From Fimbriosthenelais zetlandica (taxonomy: Eukaryota): DNA of 64,000 bases. The position numbers and the translations under genes are program-made. This document shows positions 13,146 to 25,897 of this stretch, in pieces (position 1 is the first letter of the stretch; each line of letters starts with the position of its first letter). The stretch is from assembly GCA_977030845.1 (NCBI GenBank), contig OZ365110.1, forward strand, positions 48,980,001-49,044,000, in the 5' to 3' direction. The notes under the pieces were generated by a model. That model saw only the letters and a list, made by a program, of their open reading frames with translations. It did no database searches and was not told the DNA's origin.

Positions 13146-14688
13146 TTGGAAGGCTATAGAGCAGAAAGTGTTTATACACCAGCCACAGTCAGAAGTAAGG
13201 CTTATTACTGTAGAAGAAGCCACTAACAGTGAAAAGTTCTCACAAAGTCATGCCATGCCTGGCAAACCAAGTCACCACTAAAAACTATGACATAAGCAAA
13301 TCAGAGTCGGTGGAGCCATAGGCTTGAGGCAATCTGGTGGAAAACTTCCATGTGGATGGGAAAAAACATATTTATTGGCTTCTATTGACTTGGCTGAGGT
13401 TCAATTATGAATTTCTTATGAAGCCACCCGACGATAAAAATTCTTGTATTGCATAAGAGGAAGGCAAAGGTGAGATATATAGATCTTGCCAATAGAATAT
13501 TGAGCCTAGCTCGAGGATATCTGTTGGCTCAGTATACCTTGCTCAACTGCTGGGATGGTGTATCCCTTGCCGAACGTTCCATTGTCTAAAACCTAAATTG
13601 AGAACTGCCGATGAAGCCAGATAACCTTAAAAAGTATAGAATTGCATAAGGTATGAATAGGTGACTGCATTGGTGAAGCGCAGTGGATACCTTGTTTCAT
13701 TGCAATGTATTGAGTACGGCTCATAATATGCCGCCACAGATGTAACATACAAGGAAGCCACATCTAAAGGCATTCTTGGCTTCAGGTCTTGGCTGTGGCT
13801 CTATAGGTAGAGGCATGGCAGGGTGTCGATGGCGGGAGGCCATCAAAGTTGCATGGCGATCTGTGCCATAGGGAGGGGTTATCAGTCGGTACTTAACAGG
13901 AGGTAGCGTCGTGTGAAATCCAATAGTCATCTTAGTTCACTGCCTCACAGTTTACTGCCACCAGGAATTAAGCAAGCAGCACATCCCTCTTTAAACATCA
14001 TCTGAGAGAATCATGGAGGAAACACCGGCAAAAAGAAGCAATTTTCCCCATAAAATTCAACATAACAATTGGCAATGTTATGGAACAAGAATTTTGATTC
14101 TCCATTTCTTCTGATGAAATGTGAAGAGCATTAATCGTAATTACGTATTTGAACAATTATTGCCTGTGAATTTTTAACACAGATTCATCAGGAAAACATT
14201 GAATAACGTTATATACTTTGTTGGAGTAATCTATTTTTATCCCCCACCTCAGGCTATACAAACCAGACAGTTATCAATGCATGGAAGAATTAATGTCCTG
14301 ACATTTCTAGTCGTCATTGTTTCCTTGATAAATGACATCATAATATAGCAGGCTCAGCATCTGTGGAAGCCGGTCTGGGCGGTATGGTGGTGGTGGTGGT
14401 GGAAGGGTGCCTGCGGCGGCCGATCTAGCCAGTGAATACAGCTGGCACACGAATAGCGTAACATGCTTAAAAGCCAACTAGCCACTTCTAAAATGACAAA
14501 TATGAATCCATCAGCATTAGAGCAGTAACCTGGGGGCATCATTGGAGCTGAAGGTAAGGCCAATGAAACATGCTAGAGAATGATCAAATCTGGGTCAGCA
14601 GAGGAGCTGCTCTCTACTTTGGGTTTCAGCTCTTATTGCCCACGATCATAAGTCAACATTGCACATAGCGACACTCTTCTGCCCTTAC

Positions 14689-14766
14689 CTCGGCTCCTGC
14701 CACATGACCTCCCCAGGCGATGGTGTGACCTCGGCTTATCATGTGACCCAAGCTGTCCTGTAGCTT
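14689..14766 (-). other. Candidate spliced exon (78 nt)
   Basis: Acceptor TTGTTTATCACCCTACAG|A, donor GAG|GTAAGG. Phase-0 frame is open: KLQDSLGHMISRGHTIAWGGHVAGAE. Confidence 0.25.
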
Positions 14767-17700
14767 CTGTAGGGTGATAAACAATGCGTTAAGAGGCACG
14801 TGATTGGGATTTGGTGGGACAAGTGTGTCAAGGCTGCGTGAGGTGCGTACGTTTGGACGGCAGGAACGTCCCAGTGGGGCCAGCCCACTTAGCTAAAACC
14901 TACCTACTGTGTTGAGAACTTTCCATGCATTGAGATCATTGAAAGGTCTCTAAACACTTCTTGTGTTCCAAGGACAGTCTCAATGTTAGTTGGTTAATTG
15001 TACAAGCAAAAGTCAGTGCAGGGTTTTTCGTATTATGAAATTCTGTAGGGTCGTTATTATTTGTCTGGCGATGGCTCTGATAGACTCTGATTGAAAAGAA
15101 ATCATGTGAAATCTTAGCTACTCATTATAAGCCGAGCCCTGTTGACATTTAAGATAAACAGGCTTTTTAACACTCAATAAAGCATATGATGCGTTAACCT
15201 TTTCCGCAAAAGAAAACCACTTGGAAAATTAAAGCAGAAAACTTTTCATTCCAATCAATGCTTACAATGATGTTAAATCGGTTTTATTTGAAAAAGGTTA
15301 TGGTCTTTAAAACGTTTTAACCAAAAGTGTAGGAAATGCGAACATATAATGAGGTCCTCCAATGAATCTCCTCCAGTCGGTGACCCCACAACAAGGGCAG
15401 AAACCTAAATGTTGGGAGAACAGGATCGATTTGGCATGCATTACCCCAGCCTAGTCCCATGGCATAGCCCATAAGGATGACAACTGAATTTTAAGGGCTA
15501 TACAAATGACGGGGAATACAGTTTGCGATGATCTCTGACTTTGGTCGGGGCCCGGTGGCGGAGTAGGCCATGCTTGTCTATGCACACAAGGGAGTCATTG
15601 CGAGCTGCTCCTGTCAAGCAAGCATGAGTATATCAGGCCCTTAGAGGCCAGAGATCACCCGCAATTCCACATCTCAGACCAGGCCTTAGTTAATCTAAAC
15701 CTACTCAAACATCTTAGTCATCTTTGGGTATTTTGTCCAGTGCAAATTACTACGCATTTTCATGAATCTATATTCATGACTAATTTTTCAGATGTCTTCA
15801 GGAGGATTGGCAGTTAGATGAAGTAATACAGTACAAAATGCCGCTCATGACAGTTTTCCTTAACCATTATAATGACCTCACGATTACTTTAAGGTTTAAA
15901 TTCGTCACATGGTTACATGCCGACAGCATATCCACAATTCCAAATCAAGATGATTTTCTGGGAAGAAATCATGTGAATCGCAGGAATCGATTGGGAGCGC
16001 GCCAAGTGTTTGTAAGCAGGAGAAACTTCAAACGGACCTCCAGCCACCATATAATTCCCTCACATGCCATATGAACATTCTGTGCCCAATGCTTGTATAC
16101 ATCATTCCTTCACACACGCGGCGTTCCTTCTAAAACCATATATATACTGGCGACCGATTTGTCCAAAGTGGCTCCAGTGTATACGAGGCTTGCTCTGATG
16201 CAAAAGCCCATCATGAATATATTGATTTATGTCTGGACAGTGAAAACCTGTGCTGACCAGTGAGAAAAGTTGCCATTGGCCAGCGCGTTTTTATCAATTT
16301 TCATCCCACTGATGCCCCGGGCAACTGACAGTGATGTGACATGATTGGTGGAAAAGTCCTCCAATAGAAAAAAGGAGCGCTGTGATCAAACGATGGTGAG
16401 AGGCAGGGAGGCGTGGGGGACGGAAGGGGAGTTGTCATATTGTGTGGGGCTGTTCCGTGTGGATGGGCACCCACAGGGCCTAGTTCATGACAGGCGGCCA
16501 TGTGTGTTGAGAGAGACACTCCACCCCACCCCTACCCCCATCCTCAACACAAGGTGCCAGTAATGAACTGCTTCTAAAGGCAGCCCCAGACGAGAGGAGG
16601 AAAATGTTTGACCGGGTTCGATCAAACGACCGGCTATTTTTATTAATACCCCATCCACGACAAAACACTTTTATGGTAATACTTCCACTGCAAGAACTCT
16701 TAATGCCCCTTTTCCCCCCAACAGCTCAAAAATCAATATTCCACAGGAGCATGAGCGAATGGATATTCAACATTAAATATTCATTCACCTCAAATCCCAA
16801 TACAATTAGCTGTCATCTCAGGGGGGTAGTATATCAGCAGATGTTGGGACACAGAGGGAGGGGAGAGCTTATTCTCAGCCTTATTCCATATCTTCCTATA
16901 TCAAGATCACCAAAATTGCTACGCCCACAGAAAACAGCGAAAGAAAGAGGGGGAAACATTGCCTTCGCAAATGACATTGGAAGACTTGAAAAAAGATGTC
17001 TCGCGACATATACAGGGACTGGGATGGATATATAGGAATACATGGTTAAGTGTGAGAGGGTTTTAAAGGGTGTGTAGTCCATGAATGAGTGGTAGAAGGG
17101 AAGGAGGGTCTGTGGTGGAAGGGTGCACGCAATCCCGAGCTCCCATGTGACCCAACACCAAAGGCTTCCTCATCACAATAGAAAACCATCCTGACTGAAA
17201 GATAGTAAGGAGAGAGCTCCAGGTTCCTACTTATATTTCTGCAAAACCAAGAGGTATGGAAGAAACATAGTTAGGTTTACAACCTTGGGTTTATGGTCTT
17301 AGGATTACTGGGAAATCGACAATCCTGGTCTGTCACAGCATTTTGGCTTCTGTCTTTTGCACTTCTCGAGTTCACGTAGGAAAATGATTGCATAAGGGAA
17401 CATGTGAACTTGATCTAATTTTTAAAAAAGTTTGTTGCGATGAGAAGTTGCGATTAGTTACTGTTTCAAAAGATCGAATGGGTTGCGGTCCAAATAAGTT
17501 GAAAGCAAGGCATCATCAGGAAAGAGATTTAGGACCCCTGACGCAAGTCTTTGACCTGCAAACGCTCACATACTAGAAGGAACAGAAATTAGGAATAAGG
17601 GTCTGACAAAAGCAGAGTTGGAATGTATTCCCCTTTATCGACTTTCTCTCATATAAAGTGGAGGGTTTACACCGAGGATAATGACTCTACTTCTGGGTGA

Positions 17701-18299
17701 AGCACCTGCTAATCATTTATATACAGCTTCAGCTCTTTCCCATACAAATCTATGTGACAGCCCTTAAATGCATTCACACATTTTAACTGTTATCGTTCTA
17801 ATACATCAGCAATCGTCTGGACATTACAGCCTGCCAGGTCGGAGAATAAAGCAGTCGGTTTTAACACCCAGTTATTAGCACTGCATCTGTTCTATATATG
17901 GAGAGAACAACGAACTATCAGAAATTGTAACTACTATACATAATTTATTGAAAAGGGAGAGCTGGTTTATCTGACATTTGGTCCCAGTAATTGTCCTGCA
18001 AAGGGCCTGGAGAAATAATTTGTGCTCGTAACGGGAGTTCTGTTTGATATCAGACTGATTGTGACAGTTGAGTAAGAATTTCTGAAGCTGGACATTCGAT
18101 GATAATGGGCATTGGGTGTGGGTATATATAATACTGACAAAGCTTCACAGTGTCAGGAATTAACACCATCAAGCCTACTGACCCTGTTGGTATAACCTCT
18201 GAGGACACGGCCCCAATCACACAAGGCCATGGAAGGAATCACTTAACAAAACCGATCACACCTTTACCCAGTGTGGTTAGAATACGATGATCTAGAATG

Positions 18300-18327
18300 T
18301 GACGTCAGCGCATCAAACTCACCCAAT
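18300..18327. promoter_or_regulatory. CRE plus CCAAT in a locally CpG-retaining segment
   Basis: TGACGTCA at 18300-18307 and CCAAT at 18323-18327. Confidence 0.25.
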
Positions 18328-18785
18328 GACAAGCGCACGACGCTTGGTCATCCGTCACATCATTGCTAACCCGATGAAGCATTCAAGCTGGCGAGCTTTA
18401 ATTTGATGTATTAAAAGGCTAGGGTGTCTTTATAGGACCGTGAGGGGAAGCTTGGTCACTAAATGTATGGTGGAGAGAACTGAGCTGTGCACGGTGCCAG
18501 AGCAGTGGCCGTTTGACGCTACACACGTCACGTAGAAGCAAGCACTTGGGGGACACAAATCTAAAGCGTTATGTGCCCGTTGGGGGCACGGTGGCCATGT
18601 GATTTATTCCATCGACATGTTTACCGGCAGGAAATAGGACTGATGGGGCATGACCGCTCCTCCAGCTGCTCCTACCAACGCTTACAACAATGCAATTGCA
18701 GCCCAGCCGCCAGCTCCTGTTTTCCATCCAACATGGAGCCACTTCGAGGTGGACCAGCAGCCGGCTCTCTCAGAATGAGAGGACT

Positions 18786-18802
18786 GGGCCATCTGGTGGC
18801 GA
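18786..18802 (-). promoter_or_regulatory. Candidate CTCF site
   Basis: Minus strand GCCACCAGATGGCCC matches 13/14 of the CTCF core CCASYAGRKGGCRS. Confidence 0.4.
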
Positions 18803-18946
18803 CTTGAAACATTCCGTGCCTATTAGGTTCTCTAAGTTGTGGGATTTGGGAAAATGAAACAATTTTTTTAAGAAGGGTTAAGTAAAAAATGGGTTGGATA
18901 ATTAGGTCATGTCATGATGATACATTCCAGGAGTTAAGAACGGTAC

Positions 18947-19150
18947 CCGGGGCAACTCCACTGAGTTTTAGGTCCCAGGAAAGAGTGGGCTTCCTGGGGA
19001 AACACTAGTGAGATTAGATGCCAGGACAGAGTGGGATCCTGGGGAAACACTACTGAGTTTCGGGGCCAGGACAGAGTGGGTTCCTGGGGCAACTCCAGTA
19101 CCATTGAGTTTTAGGTGCATCAGAGAAGTTTTTGAGTTTTAGTTGCCAGG
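18947..19150. repeat. 45 bp minisatellite, about 3.5-4 diverged copies
   Basis: Units start at 18947, 18994, 19039 and 19084 (47, 45, 45 bp). Consensus approximately CTGGGGAAACACTACTGAGTTTNGGNGCCAGGACAGAGTGGGNTC. Confidence 0.9.
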
Positions 19151-19189
19151 AGTAGGAGGAATGATGTTCTGAGTCTACTGAGTCTTTTT

Positions 19190-19420
19190 AAAGTGACAAG
19201 TGGGATTCAATTTGTGGTTCAGGTGACGCAAGCAGAATCATGTGAAGGCCAGATATCTATGAGAAGTCACATACATGTAGTTAGATTTCACCATGGTTCA
19301 GTAACACAGAAAATATATCGGACAATTCTGCAAGAAAGGGTGACTTATAATCCTATAGATCAGTCTGTGCAGTTGAAACCTTGCTTCCCAGCTGAGAAGG
19401 GCTTAAGGATAAACAATCTG
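19190..19420 (+). mobile_element. Decayed CR1-like RT fragment
   Basis: VTSGIQ (VTSG+PQ); about 40 aa later VRF...KIYRTI (+LFADDTK+YR.I); then TYNP (FNP) and EKGLRI (EKDLG+). The later spacings need large deletions. Confidence 0.4.
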
Positions 19421-22400
19421 CTGTAGGCCTAATTAGATTCCTTACGACATGACCGTCACATGAGTGACACCCAGGATGACAAGATGGAGTAAGTGTAAAA
19501 ATGAGTGGGAAGAAGCATAGAGTAAGATTATAAAACAGAACCACAAATCATGATACAATAGTCTGGATTAATTGGTAAGTTGTAGAGAACAATATGGCTG
19601 GCTGACGACACACCAATAGGTGATAATAAGGACTGGGTGTGCTGACACTCCCAAGGGCTTCCCATCGTCTTATTGTTCCGGTTCGCAGAGCGGATAATCC
19701 ATGCAGATGGCCGAGGCTCGATAGGATCTGGATTTACTCTTATGGATTATATGTCTGGAGTGTTTAAACTTGGCTCATCGATATCTCTTTGAAGCTTACA
19801 GGCTGGTGGGGATTTCAGCTAGACGTAGACAAATGGCTTGCGGGCACGTTCGAGACAACGATTTCTACTGTTTGCCTAGCAAGGTGGGAAGGCGCGTGGG
19901 AGGGGGATGAGAAGAAGGAAGAAAAGGCGGAATGCTAGACGTAGCAATGAGGATTTGATGGTAGGATGGAGGTTGGATGGGAAGCGGAGGAAAGTCCCAC
20001 AATTTTCAGAAAGATCAAAGGAAAAGAAGCAAAGTGATTTTAATTCTGGTTCCTAAGGTGGAACAAGGTCCCAACAATAATCAGTTAACATAGAAAAACT
20101 TGATGAGTAATTGGTGTTCTGCTTATCAACCAATAATCTCCAACTAAGGTTTGCCAAAGAAAAGAGCAGCTGTTATGGCTACGATAACAAGCAGACGTGA
20201 TCAATAGAGGAAATACTGATCCCATTTTTTCCCTCTTGCCTTTTGATCAAGTAGCAGCAGTCTTCTTTTACACGATTAATTGTCTTTATTGTTATCCTAA
20301 TCACACGTCATTGCTATTAACTTCGGGTTTGAGGCTTGCCTCATGGGAAAATAATAAGAATATGCTTTGAATGCAGATATAGAGATCACAATGGGTCTTT
20401 ACGATGTTGTAGAACAGCTGCAGTTATTACTGCAATTGAGGTTTGATTCCTTATTGAGTTAGCTACAAGATTTGATTGATATCAAATATTCTGATGTCTT
20501 TGCAATGAAAGAACAATTCATCGAGAAAAAATAACAATCAGGTTTAGTTCAGGACAGCATGACGACACAGTCCACAGAGAGGAGCTGCACCACTACAGCC
20601 CCCTCCTGCCTCAATCCAGAACTAAACCCAAGTCATGGAACCATCCTAACCATGGGAGCCAAATGCTGAATATTTCGGTAGTCCCTCCATTCCTCATAAG
20701 GCTTTGCGCATCCTTCCATTCACATTCTCTGCCCACATCCATATTAGCCAGTGATAGCATAAACAGCCAAGAAAACTGGTGAGCGATAATAAGGGAATGT
20801 TTCCCCTCCACGACCCCATCAGACTTTGCTTTTAGCCATGAAAGAGAGGAGTGAAAGGGAACTTAGCCCTGGCTTAGAAATGACACTGTGTCCTATCATT
20901 ACTGAATGCGCATGACTATATGGGGTAATTTCCGCTGCCAATGCTCGGAGATGGCTCCTATGATGCTAGTGTGCACACATGGTCACAATATATATGCTTC
21001 TCAGTCCACACATGCATTCCTCCATATTCATAATATGAGGGGCAGAGGATGTTGGTTCTAGAAACTTGGTGGAGTGGGGGAATGGGAAGGGAAGGGATCG
21101 AATCATAAGGGAAGGCATAATTAGGGAAAGAATAAGGTGAAGGCATGGTAGAAAGTTGGAGGAAGAGAGCACTGAGAGAGGGCGAGTCGAAGAACTACCA
21201 TAATGATTTATGCTTATGATTTATGGTATGATGATCGATTGATGATTGATCGTGGATACTTGGTTTGGATAATCATGGGGAGATATTCATAGTTTATTTT
21301 TTCCAGTTACGTTGGATCCAATTATGAGACCTTTTTACTGCCTTTCATTGTAATTTTCGGCGTAGGTTATGAAAGTGGCATGACCATTTTCTCCTTTAAA
21401 AATCATTACTTTTGCATGATAACTTTCATTTTCAATGTTTCCGAGGTAATTTCACACCTGCTATGGCATGATTAGATCTACTTGATCTGCTCATGACCAC
21501 TCTTGCATCACATACTCTTACATTACATATTCCCTTCTGATTTTCTACATATATTCCAGGTGCTTGCTTTCTGGCTTTCTGGCTTTAAGTTCTCATTAGC
21601 TCAGAACTGTATCTAGCTGTTATAAATTGCTCATGACCACCTTTTCTTCACCTCCACAGCCCGCTCCACAGTTTGTCCTTAATAAAAGAAAGCACTACCC
21701 GAGTCTACATTGCAATAAATGCCCATTAGTTGATGACCTCATCACATAAGCTCCAATAAAGTGAAATTTCAGGATGGGCATTGTACTGAATTTCGTCCGA
21801 CATTAGAATAGCATAGTATTCAATGCATACATGTAAATTTCCGAGAAGATATATATATAGAGGATGCTGGAAATGCTTATATAGCCATCAGTGACGTGAT
21901 GCCGCATCAGTTGCTCCCCCTACATGAGAGTGAAGACACGGAAGTGAGCAGTAGGAACTGGAGGAGGATGTGGAAACAGAGGGAGTTGCTGAGAGTTAGC
22001 AGGAGAGGGCGCCACTATAAGCTTGCCAATGGCTGCTTCCCTGTATCAGCTGCAGTGCTGAGGACGGTTGTAGACCGGAGAATCGCTGAATCAAATGGAA
22101 ATATTCCTAATTCACAGCCGTAGAGTCCTGACCTAATTCAGTATATCGAACCCTTTAGGAACATAGAACATGACTTGGTTAGATAACAAGAAACGACGGT
22201 TGCTTCGTCAGCATAATTTCCTATTCAACCTGAGCAACTGGAAATAGGTTGGAAATCGCCACATGATAAAACGTCTGCGATACTGCTTTCAGACTTGTAA
22301 GGTTGTAAGACCTTTCAATTAATCAGCAATGATTAGTTCATCTATCAGCTTGAAATCATACAGATTTTTTCAGCTTTATCCCACAAAGTCAATGAGTTGG

Positions 22401-22422
22401 GCTAGACTGGTTGCAACCCAAA

Positions 22423-22440
22423 TGTACATGTACATGTACA
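22423..22440. repeat. (TGTACA)3 palindromic hexamer repeat
   Basis: tgtacatgtacatgtaca; isolated TACATGTA copies also recur across the window. Confidence 0.85.
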
Positions 22441-23409
22441 GCCCAAAATTTGGGGCTGTACTTGTAATTTTTAGATTCTGTATCCAGCTTCGATGAGCTG
22501 CAGATATGTCTTTTTTTAATCCAACAGAGGAGCACCCCCCCCCCCCCTACCCCTCCCTACACACACAGATACGTCTATCCCCATGTCCCGAAACTCCCAA
22601 AAGCCCCAGACAGCATCGACCATATCCAATCGTCTCACAACACCCATGGGAACCAGAATTAGATTAAGAGGATAAAAGACAGCGATAAGCGCAGTGCTTG
22701 GGTGTGGATTACTGCCTACCTTGACCTGGTATCTCATTAATCTCCCACTGATACTCTACCAACATACACACCTATCTTAATTACATTATACCATCCTTAA
22801 CCGCCCTCTAAAACACCAGCTTCTAATCCGGGACTGGTAAAAAACAACCCAATGATCGAATAAACTATACCGATAAAAACCGGTTAGAGCACCATCTCAC
22901 GCAGGAAGTTAGTAATGCTTGGAGAGGTAGGCAGTTCAATCTCAGAGTTGTCCAATGCATTTTCACTGCCTCCATCCCCAGGATGGTGGTATAATATTTT
23001 GTAGACCTATTTATATACATTTCACAGCCATTGAAAAATTCTGATGCAAAAAGGCAACATAGAAATGTAGAGAGACCATTTGGAAGGACTTCATAAGAGT
23101 TGTTGATAGAGGTTACGTGGATGGCAGGTAATATCACAGATGTACTAGTATTACAGACAGGTCTGTCCTGACCTCTCTAACCTACGAACACCATCGTAGA
23201 AGAAGGCCAGGCAGCCATATGTCCTAATGAGTATTGTAAGAATCCTCTCCATCCCAGTAATGGCCTCATGCCAGGGAGATTACGAGCAATGTGATTTACG
23301 TTGTCAATTACTGTTTTGCCAGAATCTTCACATTCTTTTTACAGTTCAGAACTGTAAACATTTCTAAGTATACATGTAAATAAATGTTTGTCATACTTTC
23401 ATGCATTTA

Positions 23410-23639
23410 AGCCCGACATCCACCAGCCCGATTTTCATCCCGATTTTGCGATCTTAAGCGATCACAGGCGATCGGTACCCCAAAAACAGATGATCGGGCT
23501 GGTGGATGCCAAAATCTTGGGATCGGCGCCGATTTTTCAATGTTAAATCAATAGAGAAATGATCCGGAACGATTTTATTTCGATCTTTGCCGATTAGAAA
23601 AATCTGTTTTTCCAAAAATTGTACAGTGGATGTCGGGCT
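23410..23639. mobile_element. MITE family B (Harbinger-like TIR), 230 bp
   Basis: Perfect 14 bp TIR AGCCCGACATCCAC (23410-23423) / GTGGATGTCGGGCT (23626-23639). Flanks TTA and TTT (imperfect TSD). TIR resembles family A AGCCGGGACTCCAC. Interior rich in CGAT/ATCG. Confidence 0.8.
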
Positions 23640-23877
23640 TTTGACTCGTTATATGATATGTAATCAATTTGTACCATTACCTCCCAACCATATTGAACAC
23701 ATATTATCAAAACAACAATGAAAATAGAATGGCAATTGTGAGCAGGAATTGGTAGGGTCAGAGAGACAGAAAAGTAGCCAAGGGAGCCTTTTGAGCGGTC
23801 CGTCAGGTGACTAACAGGGGCCCAGGTGACAGGGGACCAGGGGCTGGGCGATAATGAGGGTGTGATCTCTAGCCACA

Positions 23878-23892
23878 TCGCCCCCTAGCGTC
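23878..23892 (-). promoter_or_regulatory. Candidate CTCF site
   Basis: Minus strand ACGCTAGGGGGCGA matches 11/14 of the core. Confidence 0.25.
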
Positions 23893-24802
23893 AGCTAATG
23901 ATACAGCTGATGCCAGCATCTCACTGACCTCACCCCACCCCTCCCATCATCATCCTCCAACATCTTACAAAAGAGAGTACAGGGACAGGACTAAGGTCTC
24001 CCTGTTTGCCTGTTCATTATTATTTTTTTTCTCTGCTCAGGAAGGGAAGGTGAAAAGCTCCCTTTATAATGTAGGCCCAGGCTGTTCCATATTAAATATC
24101 GTAGGGCTTCAACACCAAGACTTTTACAGTGAAGAAAAAACATCTCGGAAGACATTCAAAAAGAAGTTCGAATATGAATATGCACACGAGGACTAAAATT
24201 AGGACACCGTCCTTCAATGAATCATAAATCGGTACGTAGCCTTTTTGGCTGATTTTAAATTCCTTCAGTCTCACTGAGTTATTTCAAGGTTGAACAATCA
24301 TTTTTTTCGTTTTTCTAGTGTAGACTAGAATCAGTCCCGCTGAAGAAATAGGTAGTAAGCATCTGAATAAATTACCTTCCACGGTCTTATTATTCTGTCT
24401 CCTTCTGAGAGAAAATTGGAGTTTAGGAAAAGTACGGGTAAGGAAAGGATAACATGGTCGTTATTAGGGAATCAGGGGTCAGGGTTCATTAGAGCCTCAG
24501 GATAGGGGTGCTGGAGGCAAGGGGAAGGGTCAAGACAAGCAAGCAGCAATAGAGCTCTATTATATCTAACTAGCCCTATAGGCTGGGGCCAACAAAACTG
24601 AGCTAAGATGAAGAAATTACATGGATTGGATTCAGTTAGAGCTTAAGAGAGTTAGACATTTAGATAATGACTTAAACAAGGGTTGGATTGAAAGAAAGGA
24701 TGGCTATTTGGAAAGGAAAATGATTGATACAAGTAGTTGAATTAAGGGAATTGAATGAATGGCTGGATGGGGTGGCTTGATAGTAATGATACACGAACGA
24801 AC

Positions 24803-24834
24803 GGATGGATGGATGGATGAATGGATGGATGGAT
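24803..24834. repeat. (GGAT)n microsatellite
   Basis: ggatggatggatggatgaatggatggatggat. Confidence 0.9.
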
Positions 24835-24989
24835 TGATTTAAATGAATTGGTTAGCACTAAATGCTCCAGGATAACTGGTCATACGAAAGGGTTGGCAAA
24901 AGAAAAGGTTTATGACTGGGGGATGGAATTAAAACAGGAGGAAGAAAGCGGAAGGGAATCTCGAAGATAAGCTCCACTTTAACTCATTT

Positions 24990-25197
24990 CTTCCATTTTC
25001 AAGGACTCAGATTTCAAACTGGGCCAGCAAACGAACATTAATAGTGCCCTGGTAGAATGTTTTGTCATACGAAAGCAATGATTATTTCAATTTCCCCCTC
25101 TTCTTTGTGTTTTATCATTTCAAACATCCATCATGTAAAAATGACATGGAAATCACTCCTGGCTAAGATCGATGGTGCATTCCTGAGAAACAAACAT
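24990..25197 (+). mobile_element. Decayed L2/CR1-like RT C-terminal fragment
   Basis: SNWAS, then HTKAMIIS (KTK.M+I), then IHHVKMTWKSLLAKIDGAFLRNKH (I+.V+.+KYLG+.ID..L.W+KH), in the expected order with a frameshift. Confidence 0.45.
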
Positions 25198-25802
25198 CCT
25201 TCTCAATATTTAGAATTCAGGGCATGCAACACAAAAATAGGATGCGGGGATTAAGGCTGCGAAAACCAGCACAACGAGCACTTCCGGCAAGAGTCTCATC
25301 TCCACAAATATTCCAGAGGGACTGTAGCATTCTGAAATGGCGCCAATAAATTGGCACTACTCCCCGAAGTAATACCAAAATGTCATTTAAATCTGTTCCG
25401 AATGGCTTTTTTCCTTCGTGGGCTCGCTTACTACCATCTTTGCCGCCAGCTCAATCAGTACCAACAAAGTTGGTGAAAAGCAAACAAGGTAAACGATAGG
25501 ATGCCAACTGTCCCCAGGGGGTCACTTTTGCAGACGACTTTCCGATTGAATTATTCATTTTGGAGGCTACTCCATCTATCCTTCCCAGGACGGGCATCGT
25601 CAGCAGGCTGGAGCAGGCAGCCCTGTCCCTCCTGACAGACAATTTGCCCATTCTCCATGTCCTATCTCCACTCTCTCCCCCTCGAGGCCCACTCCCTATA
25701 GATCCTCATTGCTATTTTAGGGACATTTGACTGGCGACATTAACACCTTTAACCATTCTCTCCCTATATAATTACTAAAAGAACTGCGTTGCTTCTTAAA
25801 CT

Positions 25803-25897
25803 ATTTCTACAATAGCAAAACCTTTTCTATAGTGAATATCTGGTTGAGTAAAATAACAGCGGTACATTATGTTCTGGCCATTTCCGAAACATCAATT
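25803..25897 (+). mobile_element. Possible decayed LINE AP-endonuclease N-terminus
   Basis: FYN...VLAISETSI; the N-to-SET spacing (24 aa) is close to the generic Y.N.....D+IA+SETWL. Confidence 0.35.

Noticed and set aside
13560-13592. Kinase glycine-loop-like VLDNGTFGKGY on the minus strand
   Set aside because: No downstream VAIK or other kinase subdomain, and flanked by stops.
14354-14563. Minus-strand ORF with HHHHHH
   Set aside because: The His run is a short (CAC)n repeat; no domain or supporting splice context.
18947-19150. CRISPR-like look (palindromic repeats at regular spacing)
   Set aside because: The intervening segments resemble each other, the repeats are degenerate, the context is eukaryotic and there are no cas genes; it is a minisatellite.
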